Source of the DNA: a virus
Virus record (IMG/VR): IMGVR_UViG_3300042806_000475
Reading direction: 5' to 3' (one strand)
DNA: 12,799 nucleotides
Shown here: positions 1 to 6,109 of the stretch, piece after piece
Position numbering within the stretch: position 1 is the first letter of the stretch
How the letters are laid out: every line of letters starts with the position of its first letter
Position numbers and translations under genes: made by a program
Notes under the pieces: model-generated
What the model saw: the letters and a program-made list of their open reading frames with translations, nothing else
The model's database searches: none
Told to the model about the DNA's origin: nothing

Positions 1-127
1 GTAATAGTATTCTTTTCATCAATTACGGATCTAATGCCGTACAGATTGAAAGCGTTACGCTGCAACAAAATCAAAGTTTACAAATAGAAGGCAACCAGGG
101 CGAATTTACAACGCGCCGCTTTTTTGC
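1..127. repeat. Terminal direct repeat, copy 1; identical to 12673-12799 (circular-genome overlap)
   Basis: gtaatagtattcttttcatc...acgcgccgcttttttgc reads identically at both window ends, compared base by base by eye. 127 nt equals the maximum k-mer of common de Bruijn assemblers. Confidence 0.95.
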
Positions 128-191
128 CAACTTTATTAATTCAGGGGGCTTTAACAACCTCGTAACTGTTAAGAAAAATTATATAGGATAA
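1..191 (+). CDS. 3' part of the same junction-spanning ORF (first full codon at 3; unique part is 128-191)
   Basis: The frame is continuous with 12585-12799 across the circular junction. Stop TAA 189-191 overlaps the ATG at 191. Confidence 0.65.
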   Translation, partial: NSILFINYGSNAVQIESVTLQQNQSLQIEGNQGEFTTRRFFANFINSGGFNNLVTVKKNYIG

Positions 192-1642
192 TGCCAGCAA
201 TAGATTTATCAATATTAAACCAAAGACAAACGCCAGCTTTTTACGCTGACACGTTAGCCAATAGGCCCTCAGCTGGTTTTGTTGGTCGTATCTTTGTATC
301 AACAGATACATTTGCGTTTTACCGCGACAATGGTACAACCTGGGATTTAATCGGCGGCCCTGGTACTGGTACTGTAACTGGTACGGGTGCTAATGGCCAA
401 GTAACATATTGGAACGGTACCAGCACAATTACTGGATCTAACGATTTATTTTTTGACGCTGTTAATGGACATTTTGGAGTTGGTACAATTACACCTGGTA
501 CAGCACTAGATGTAAAGCATAATCAAAGTACAGTTGTACAATTAGAGCAAGAAACTGCTACAAATGACACTAGAATAGCTTTTATTAATAGCGGCGTAGG
601 TTTATGGCGTTTAGGTGCGTTTTACAACGCTGGTGCAAATGATTTTGGTTTATTTGATATAGCAGCCGCGGCGCAACCAGTGACAGTAAAAAGAACAACG
701 GGCCAGGTATTAATTGGCACGTCAACTGTTGGATCTGGTAAGTTAGTGGTGGCAAGTGCAACTGGCGACAATGGCGTGCAAATAGTAGGCGCAAGCGCAC
801 CTAGTTTGCGTATTGACAATGCCGAAAGCGGCCCAACAAAGCGCGCTGGTTTAGGTATTTCAACCGCTACAAACAATTTTATCCAGGGTAGTGCAGATAG
901 GGATTTTTGTATGTTTAACGGATCCACAACAGCAAGCCCAATTTTATTTGGCGTTTATGACGCTGGCGCTGGTAACGTGCAAGAGGCGGCAAGAATATCA
1001 GCTGGTCGAAACTTTTTAATAGGTACCACAACAGACAGTGGCCAAAAATTACAAGTTGTAGGAAATTCATATATCAACGGTAATTTAAGCATAAATACAA
1101 TTAATACTGATGCTTACATTGTAATTAATGGTCCAACTTTTTCAAATATTAATTTTAGAGCAGCAGACGTAAGATATGGAACTTTATTTGCTGATACAGG
1201 TTTATTTTCAATAAAATCTATTACTAGCATACCACTAATTTTAGCTACAAATGATATTGAAAGAATGCGTTTAGATGGTTCTACTGGAAATTTACTTATA
1301 GGTTCAATAACAGATAATGGGCAAAAATTACAAGTTACAGGATCGTCTTTAATAACAGGATTAGCAACTTTTAATAGTAGAGTAAATGTAAATGCATGTC
1401 CTGACGATGCAGATATTGCAATGAGTATAAAAGCTCCTAGTGGTGGTGGAAAATTTATATTATTTGGTAGAGACGCTTCAAATGTTGCAGTATTAAGATT
1501 TACTGACGTCGGTGGTGCAACCTTTGCAGGTTCTGTAAATATTGGAAATACAGTAACAGCAGGCGTAGCAGTGGCAAGCACTCATAAAGTATCAATATTA
1601 ATTGGCGGAGTACAATATTATTTATTAGCATCAAACGTATAA
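191..1642 (+). CDS. Receptor-binding spike / fibre protein with four repeat modules
   Basis: 483-aa ORF, rich in Gly/Thr/Asn. N-terminal FYADTLANRPSAGFVGRIFVSTDTFAFYRDNGTTWDLIG resembles N-termini of Bacteroidota-phage fibre proteins (from memory). There are four spaced copies of an IG[TS]xTxxGxKLxV-type motif: GHFGVGTITPGTALDV, GQVLIGTSTVGSGKLVV, RNFLIGTTTDSGQKLQV and GNLLIGSITDNGQKLQV. Confidence 0.6.
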   Translation: MPAIDLSILNQRQTPAFYADTLANRPSAGFVGRIFVSTDTFAFYRDNGTTWDLIGGPGTGTVTGTGANGQVTYWNGTSTITGSNDLFFDAVNGHFGVGTITPGTALDVKHNQSTVVQLEQETATNDTRIAFINSGVGLWRLGAFYNAGANDFGLFDIAAAAQPVTVKRTTGQVLIGTSTVGSGKLVVASATGDNGVQIVGASAPSLRIDNAESGPTKRAGLGISTATNNFIQGSADRDFCMFNGSTTASPILFGVYDAGAGNVQEAARISAGRNFLIGTTTDSGQKLQVVGNSYINGNLSINTINTDAYIVINGPTFSNINFRAADVRYGTLFADTGLFSIKSITSIPLILATNDIERMRLDGSTGNLLIGSITDNGQKLQVTGSSLITGLATFNSRVNVNACPDDADIAMSIKAPSGGGKFILFGRDASNVAVLRFTDVGGATFAGSVNIGNTVTAGVAVASTHKVSILIGGVQYYLLASNV

Positions 1643-1645
1643 AAT

Positions 1646-1906
1646 ATGAAACAAATACAACCTATTCAAATTTGGGTAAACGGCGCAGATCAAACCGCAA
1701 CCCTTTTTAGTATGTTTATCGTAAATGATAACTTACTAAATAGTGCAACATTTAATTATCAATTATTAGATGCTGACGCAAATTCATTAACTAGCGGCAA
1801 TTTAACAATGGGAGAGCCTGATTATGACGTATGGGGATCTAGCGCAGACATTAATTTAGCAGCGTACCAGTGGGCCGCAACTCAGTTAAATATTACATTA
1901 GCTTAA
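1646..1906 (+). CDS. Hypothetical protein (86 aa), soluble, downstream of spike
   Basis: ORF starts 4 nt after the spike stop. No TM segment and no recognisable motif. Confidence 0.6.
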   Translation: MKQIQPIQIWVNGADQTATLFSMFIVNDNLLNSATFNYQLLDADANSLTSGNLTMGEPDYDVWGSSADINLAAYQWAATQLNITLA

Positions 1907-1929
1907 TTAATCTTTAAAATACAAAACCA

Positions 1930-2094
1930 ATGGAAACCAAACAAGCACTTGCAATCATCAAACAAATTTTAGACGCAGCTAGCAAAAGCGGTTTATTTGA
2001 AAACTTAACGGCAGCTATGACAGCAGCCGACGCTTACAATGCAATAGCGCGTGAAATATTAAAAGAAGAAAATGACAACGGATCTGTTATTTAG
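1930..2094 (+). CDS. Small helical hypothetical protein (54 aa), absent from the ORF track
   Basis: Hand translation: METKQALAIIKQILDAASKSGLFENLTAAMTAADAYNAIAREILKEENDNGSVI. It fills an otherwise non-coding gap and overlaps the next start by 23 nt. Confidence 0.45.
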   Translation: METKQALAIIKQILDAASKSGLFENLTAAMTAADAYNAIAREILKEENDNGSVI

Positions 2095-2257
2095 TATTTG
2101 CATTTTTATTGCCGCTGGTGGTGGCTTCTATTTTACAACCAAAAACAGGTTAGATAAAATTGAACGTGATTTATCCAGGCACAACAATACTAATACCGAA
2201 ATATTAGACAGATTAGCGCGCATTGAAACAAAACTTGATTTTTTTACAAAAAAATAA
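2072..2257 (+). CDS. Single-pass membrane protein with a coiled-coil tail, in the lysis cassette (holin/antiholin/spanin-like candidate)
   Basis: 61 aa. N-terminal TM LLFSICIFIAAGGGFYF, then the charged helical segment NRLDKIERDLSRHNNTNTEILDRLARIETKLDFF. It lies two genes upstream of the lysozyme. Confidence 0.5.
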   Translation: MTTDLLFSICIFIAAGGGFYFTTKNRLDKIERDLSRHNNTNTEILDRLARIETKLDFFTKK

Positions 2258-2263
2258 AAAAAT

Positions 2264-2428
2264 ATGTTTAAGAACTGGAAAACATCATTATTTGGCCTAG
2301 GTGCCGTAATTACTGGGGTTGCAACTGTATTAAAAGGTGATTTGCCTAGCGGTATTACAGCCATTTTAAGCGGTTTAGGTTTATTTGCAGCAAAGGACGC
2401 AGATATTAATTTAAATAACCGTCCATAA
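2264..2428 (+). CDS. Two-TM holin candidate (54 aa), absent from the ORF track
   Basis: Hand translation: MFKNWKTSLFGLGAVITGVATVLKGDLPSGITAILSGLGLFAAKDADINLNNRP. It has two hydrophobic segments. Stop TAA 2426-2428 overlaps the lysozyme ATG at 2428 (TAATG). Confidence 0.55.
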   Translation: MFKNWKTSLFGLGAVITGVATVLKGDLPSGITAILSGLGLFAAKDADINLNNRP

Positions 2429-2964
2429 TGACTAGCCAAACCAAAAAAATATTGGTGGTTACAGTTGTGGCGTTAATCTTATTAAGTAGCACAATGGCAA
2501 TAGGAGCAAAGGCCGAGGAATTGATAAAAAAATTTGAGGCCGACGATATAAATAAGTATTTAAGGGCTTACCTAGATCCAGTTGGAATACCAACACTGGG
2601 CTATGGAAGCACCTATAATTACGACGCAAAGCGTAAAGTACAACTAGGTGATAGTATAACCCAGGAAAAGGCTATTGAGTGGTTAAGAAAGGAAACAAAG
2701 GCAATAGTGCCAAAGATCAAAGCACTGGTTAAGGTACCTATAAACCAAAACCAGTTAGATAGTTTAACTAGCTTTGTTTACAACGTCGGGATCGGCGCTT
2801 TTCAATCTAGCACACTTTTAAGATTACTTAATAGTGGCGCACCTAAAAGTGAGGTAGCGGCGCAATTTGATCGCTGGAACAAAGGAACGGTAAACGGCCA
2901 AAAATTAGTTTTACCAGGCCTAGTAAGGCGCAGAAGTGAAGAAAAAGCACTATTTTTAGCATAA
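2428..2964 (+). CDS. GH24 phage lysozyme (endolysin) with an N-terminal signal peptide or SAR anchor
   Basis: The motif KFEADDINKYLRAYLDPVGIPTLGYGST matches the lysozyme Glu...Asp-x5-Thr (YxDxxGxxTxGYG) signature, and NQNQLDSLTSFVYNVGIGAF lies downstream. The N-terminus KKILVVTVVALILLSSTMAIGAKA is hydrophobic with an AxA-like site. Confidence 0.85.
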   Translation: MTSQTKKILVVTVVALILLSSTMAIGAKAEELIKKFEADDINKYLRAYLDPVGIPTLGYGSTYNYDAKRKVQLGDSITQEKAIEWLRKETKAIVPKIKALVKVPINQNQLDSLTSFVYNVGIGAFQSSTLLRLLNSGAPKSEVAAQFDRWNKGTVNGQKLVLPGLVRRRSEEKALFLA

Positions 2965-3012
2965 GCAAGCAAGTTGGTTAGATAAATTTCAATGGTCTAG
3001 TACAAAAAAGGA

Positions 3013-3041
3013 AGCCTGGTGTGTCTACACTGGGCTTTTTT
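3013..3041 (+). terminator. Rho-independent terminator closing the late unit (first of a tandem pair)
   Basis: agcctggtgt / acactgggct forms a 10-bp stem (two G-U pairs) with loop gtct, followed by a T6 run. Confidence 0.7.
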
Positions 3042-3074
3042 AAAATTATTTGTCGGTTCCTTTAATACCTACTA

Positions 3075-3106
3075 AGCCTAACATTTTATAAATGTTGGGC
3101 TTTTTT
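3075..3106 (+). terminator. Rho-independent terminator (second of the tandem pair)
   Basis: agcctaacattt / aaatgttgggct forms a roughly 12-bp stem (one G-U pair) with a short AT loop, followed by a T6 run. Confidence 0.7.
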
Positions 3107-3121
3107 ATGCCCCTATAAAAA

Positions 3122-3138
3122 TAAATTTGGTGGTTTAA
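3122..3138 (+). promoter_or_regulatory. Candidate Bacteroidota-type -7 box (TAAATTTG) abutting a GTGGTTTAA site, upstream of the early module
   Basis: TAAATTTG at 3122-3129 fits the TAnnTTTG consensus. GTGGTTTAA at 3130-3138 is the same 9-mer repeated three times at 6042-6109. The site lies about 47 nt upstream of the ATG at 3185. Confidence 0.35.
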
Positions 3139-3184
3139 ACGTTTTTACTATAATTTTACCAACGACAAACAAAAACCCTATTTT

Positions 3185-3454
3185 ATGCAATTAAAAACAG
3201 ACAGTAAGATCCTGGGCGAAATAGCCAGCTTACAACAAAAAATTTCACGCCTGGAAGCATTACGGGCCTTATCACCTTACGAACAATGCACATTTTTTTT
3301 CTATTCTAGTTCTGGTAAGTTTTTATCATTAAACGAAAATGATTTGCCGTTTGATCTTTCTTTTGAAGTAAGGATCCTAATAGATGCGGCCCTAGAACAT
3401 TACCAGCACGAAATTAAAAGATTAGAAAATAGTTTCCAATGCGAAGAAAATTAA
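3185..3454 (+). CDS. Hypothetical early protein (89 aa)
   Basis: First ORF after the tandem terminators and candidate promoter. Helical N- and C-terminal segments; no recognised motif. Confidence 0.6.
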   Translation: MQLKTDSKILGEIASLQQKISRLEALRALSPYEQCTFFFYSSSGKFLSLNENDLPFDLSFEVRILIDAALEHYQHEIKRLENSFQCEEN

Positions 3455-3579
3455 TAAGATTTATTGCAGTAATTTTTTTTATTGTAATATCTATACCAGT
3501 TTGCATTTTAACTTATGCAGCTTCACATATTTTTTATTACACATACAGATTATTAAATTTATTAAAACTAAACAAATGA
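3439..3579 (+). CDS. Tiny single-pass membrane protein (46 aa), absent from the ORF track
   Basis: Hand translation: MRRKLIRFIAVIFFIVISIPVCILTYAASHIFYYTYRLLNLLKLNK. It overlaps the previous gene by 16 nt. Its TGA (3577-3579) overlaps the next ATG (3576) as ATGA. Confidence 0.45.
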   Translation: MRRKLIRFIAVIFFIVISIPVCILTYAASHIFYYTYRLLNLLKLNK

Positions 3580-3797
3580 AAAATGAGTATTTAAAAGATC
3601 TAGCCGACGGCTTCGGATCAATGAACAAAGTTGAAAACAAAAAAAACGACAAGCAACCCGATTACCAGGGCTACTTTAAAGCAGACGGAAAATTGTTTGA
3701 AATTGCTGGCTGGGTAAAGATTAGCAAAGCTAGCAATAAGTATTTATCTATTGCAGTTAAGGAATTTACTGAAAAGCTATCTAATAACGAATTATGA
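3576..3797 (+). CDS. Small early protein (73 aa) with a DUF736-like motif
   Basis: Internal Met of the 3501 ORF chosen as start: the upstream 25 codons are hydrophobic junk and overlap the 3439 ORF. NKKNDKQPDYQGYFKADGKLFEIAGWVKISKASNKYLSIAV resembles the (S/N)DxxPxx...E(I)GAAWxKxSxxxxxYL(S/G) pattern of DUF736 proteins (from memory). Confidence 0.55.
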   Translation: MKNEYLKDLADGFGSMNKVENKKNDKQPDYQGYFKADGKLFEIAGWVKISKASNKYLSIAVKEFTEKLSNNEL

Positions 3798-3973
3798 TAA
3801 ACGCTATAAATACATTAGAAAATTATATCAAAAAACTTGATCTAATTATAGAAGAAAACAATGAAACAATCTATAATAACAATGTTATTATAGAAGAATT
3901 AGAAAGAGAAAATGTAACATATATAGAAAAAAAAGAAGAAATTTTAAACGCCATTGAAAAACTAAAAAAATGA
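3794..3973 (+). CDS. Small acidic coiled-coil protein (59 aa), absent from the ORF track
   Basis: Hand translation: MINAINTLENYIKKLDLIIEENNETIYNNNVIIEELERENVTYIEKKEEILNAIEKLKK. It has ATGA overlaps at both ends (3794-3797 and 3970-3973). Confidence 0.5.
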   Translation: MINAINTLENYIKKLDLIIEENNETIYNNNVIIEELERENVTYIEKKEEILNAIEKLKK

Positions 3974-4236
3974 AAATAGACAAAAACGCACCAGCTTTTC
4001 CAGTTATGCCAGTTCAAGACCAATTCGGGCGCCTAGTGGCACCGATACCGGGCCTAACAAAATACGAACACGTTTTATTGCAGATCCTTTGCGCAAAAGA
4101 AATGCAAAATAATCACAGTAAAATAGGACTATCAACACTTTTAAGAGAATGTGAAACACTTGCAAACGAATATTTTTTAACCTTAGAAAAATTACAAAAT
4201 GAAAACGAAAATAATGTTAAGGTTATTGAGATGTAG
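3970..4236 (+). CDS. Hypothetical early protein (88 aa)
   Basis: ORF is ATGA-coupled to the upstream gene. The APAFPV...GLTKYEHVLLQIL segment resembles a motif seen in small phage proteins of unknown function (from memory). Confidence 0.6.
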   Translation: MKIDKNAPAFPVMPVQDQFGRLVAPIPGLTKYEHVLLQILCAKEMQNNHSKIGLSTLLRECETLANEYFLTLEKLQNENENNVKVIEM

Positions 4237-4305
4237 CCCCAACGTACAAGCTGTAATAGCCCTAATTATTGCAGGAATTTTAATCGGCCTTTTACAAAGG
4301 ATCTA

Positions 4306-5310
4306 ATGATAAACGGACAAGACAACAAATTAACTTTACCAGAAAAATTAGCACAGAGAAAATACAAGCCCGATTTTATACCCCCCCCAAGCCAGGTAAT
4401 ATTCACTATTGACGATAAACCAATTGGAACGATCCAAAATTTTATCGTTTTTAGTGGATTGCCTAAGGCGGGCAAAAGTACTTTTCTAGCCGCTGCAATA
4501 GCTTCTGCATTTCAACCTGGTGATGTGTTTGGAATGAAAGTGCATTTCCCAGAAGGAAGGCGCAGAATAGCCTATTTTGACACTGAAAGCAGCGATTTTG
4601 ATTTTTACAGACAAGTTAATAAAATAAAGCATTTTAGCAATTTAAACAGCTTACCTACCTGGGCTGACTGTTTTACAGTGCGCGAGGACGGCCCAGGCGA
4701 AATAAGGGCCTTAATCGTTAATTATTTAGAAAATAACCCTGACTGCCCGATCGTAATAATTGACGGCCTTTTGGATCTTATTTTTGACTACAATAGTGAA
4801 ATAGAGAGCCGCAAGCTGGTGAACTGGTTTAAAAAACTCACAAAAATATACAACTGTTTATTTGTTGGCGTACTTCACCAGGGCAAAGGACTAGGCGCAC
4901 AGACACTAGGACACTTAGGCTCAAATTGTGACCGCTGGGCTTCTAGCACCTTAGAAATAATAAAAGACAAAGACAAAAAGACGTTCACATTACAGCCTAG
5001 GTTTTTAAGAAGTTCGGAAGATTTTGATCCAGTCGTACTTATGAACATTGGCGGCAACTGGCAGCAAATATCTATTGAAGGTGAAAGCAAAAAAATTGAA
5101 ATAAAGCACCCAAAACAATTTACTGAACTAGATCATAAAAACATAATAAACCAGCTTATTTACGGCCCTACTAGCTACAAAGATTTAATTGCAGACATAC
5201 AGGAGCAGCACGCAAAAGGTATAAACTGGGCCAAGCAATTATGTAAGATCTGGATTGATAAAAAATACATCTATAAAAACGAAAATAATTTATATGAAAA
5301 AAGGTATTAA
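4306..5310 (+). CDS. RecA-fold P-loop ATPase, RepA/DnaB-like replicative helicase candidate (AAA_25-like)
   Basis: Walker A is GLPKAGKST (aa 51-59, nt 4456-4482). Walker B-like is CPIVIIDGLLDL. A helicase-type VGVLHQGKG motif follows. It is the only NTPase motif found in the genome and lies in the early module. Confidence 0.6.
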   Translation: MINGQDNKLTLPEKLAQRKYKPDFIPPPSQVIFTIDDKPIGTIQNFIVFSGLPKAGKSTFLAAAIASAFQPGDVFGMKVHFPEGRRRIAYFDTESSDFDFYRQVNKIKHFSNLNSLPTWADCFTVREDGPGEIRALIVNYLENNPDCPIVIIDGLLDLIFDYNSEIESRKLVNWFKKLTKIYNCLFVGVLHQGKGLGAQTLGHLGSNCDRWASSTLEIIKDKDKKTFTLQPRFLRSSEDFDPVVLMNIGGNWQQISIEGESKKIEIKHPKQFTELDHKNIINQLIYGPTSYKDLIADIQEQHAKGINWAKQLCKIWIDKKYIYKNENNLYEKRY

Positions 5311-5560
5311 AACAGAATATCATTTTACTGATAATTTTTGGCACGAATATTTTAATATAAAAATTGTAACAAGAAGAAAAAAAGCTATTTGTAAATATTG
5401 CAATAAAGAAATAGAAGTAAATAATGAAGCTGGTATAGTAAATTACAAATTTGGACATGATTTACCAGATAATTTTTTTGACATACATTTTGATGGCTGT
5501 ATTGGTATAGTACATATTTTATGCGTTAATAAATTTGTAAAAAATGAAAAAAGATACTAA
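5294..5560 (+). CDS. Cys/His-containing small protein (88 aa), possible zinc-binding
   Basis: Internal Met MKKGIKTEYHF... chosen as start, which overlaps the ATPase gene by 17 nt instead of 56. Contains CKYCN ... HFDGC ... HILC. Very AT-rich segment. Confidence 0.5.
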   Translation: MKKGIKTEYHFTDNFWHEYFNIKIVTRRKKAICKYCNKEIEVNNEAGIVNYKFGHDLPDNFFDIHFDGCIGIVHILCVNKFVKNEKRY

Positions 5561-5741
5561 AAGATTTATAGCTTATATGCTAATGAACAAACATTTTAAG
5601 CTAGTAAAGAAAGGCGCTAACTGGCGTATAGAATACAACGGCGTTTTATTACAGCCAGACGATATAGAATTTTTAAAGTTAATTGCAAAAAAAAGCGGCC
5701 AAAAATTTGACCGCCTGGACAAAACAATTAACCCTAATTAA
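5544..5741 (+). CDS. Hypothetical basic protein (65 aa)
   Basis: ORF overlaps the upstream gene by 17 nt. No recognised motif. Confidence 0.5.
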   Translation: MKKDTKRFIAYMLMNKHFKLVKKGANWRIEYNGVLLQPDDIEFLKLIAKKSGQKFDRLDKTINPN

Positions 5742-5777
5742 CTGCTTATTTTCCTTTCACGACAAAGATATATAAAA

Positions 5778-5960
5778 ATGGAATATTACACAGCAATTAT
5801 TTTTTTTGAGGATCACAAAGAAATAACCCCTAAAAAATATCGGAATATAAACCGAGTTGAAAATTTTATTGAGTTTGCCCGCAAAGTTGGTGGACATTAT
5901 GTAAATTTATACGAGAAAAAAACGAAACGATTTTATTGCCGCGTCTGGCTGAACAATTAA
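5778..5960 (+). CDS. Hypothetical protein (60 aa), last gene of the early module
   Basis: ORF is preceded by a CTTTCAC...AAAAATG leader and followed by a terminator. Confidence 0.5.
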   Translation: MEYYTAIIFFEDHKEITPKKYRNINRVENFIEFARKVGGHYVNLYEKKTKRFYCRVWLNN

Positions 5961-5993
5961 AACAAATCTAGCAGCCCAGTACGCCGCCAAAAT

Positions 5994-6016
5994 ACCAGCC
6001 TAGTGCTGGTTTTTTT
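5994..6016 (+). terminator. Rho-independent terminator closing the early module
   Basis: accagc / gctggt forms a 6-bp stem with loop ctagt, followed by a T7 run. Confidence 0.65.
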
Positions 6017-6041
6017 GTGCCTGGTATGTATCGCTTAATTA

Positions 6042-6109
6042 GTGGTTTAATTAAAGGTGAAAAGAAAATAATTTAAACCGGTTTAAGTGGTTTAAAATAG
6101 GTGGTTTAA
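6042..6109 (+). repeat. Iteron-like cluster: three direct GTGGTTTAA repeats plus a 14-bp palindrome TTAAACCGGTTTAA
   Basis: GTGGTTTAA occurs at 6042-6050, 6087-6095 and 6101-6109. The perfect palindrome lies at 6073-6086 and shares the GGTTTAA core. A further inverted pair, ttaaac/gtttaa, lies at 6148-6164. Confidence 0.6.

Noticed and set aside
1-127. Terminal repeats as ends of a transposon/IS or an integrated prophage (att sites)
   Set aside because: The repeats are direct rather than inverted and lie inside a coding frame that is completed by joining them. No integrase or transposase is present, and no flanking host DNA exists in the window.
2965-3184. Possible tRNA or small RNA in the two large intergenic regions (2965-3184 and 5961-6236)
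   Set aside because: The only stable stems are followed by T-runs (terminators). No cloverleaf arrangement or conserved T-loop (GTTCGAAT-like) sequence was seen by eye. A tRNAscan or Infernal run would be needed to exclude this formally.
3501-3575. Long N-terminal extensions of track ORFs (3501 for the 3576 gene, 5255 for the 5294 gene, 8884 for the 8926 gene)
   Set aside because: The extensions are hydrophobic or low-complexity and overlap upstream genes by 40-56 nt. The internal Met codons restore the tight ATGA or 2-nt spacing seen elsewhere in the genome.
4306-5310. The P-loop ATPase as a terminase large subunit
   Set aside because: At 334 aa it has no room for a C-terminal RNaseH-like nuclease domain. 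The motifs resemble RepA/DnaB-type helicases, no portal or small terminase gene is adjacent, and the gene sits in the early module.
141-5458. Eight minus-strand ORFs in the track (141-338, 585-800, 622-927, 1114-1581, 2128-2439, 4266-4475, 4875-5090, 5171-5458)
   Set aside because: Each lies entirely antisense to a longer, better-supported plus-strand gene. Their products are low-complexity or odd in composition, and none has its own intergenic space, terminator or coupling. They are treated as shadow ORFs.
6026-6076. 16-codon micro-ORF (MYRLISGLIKGEKKII) in the iteron region
   Set aside because: It is too short, has no coupling, and its sequence is dictated by the GTGGTTTAA repeat and the palindrome. 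The region is better explained as regulatory or origin DNA.
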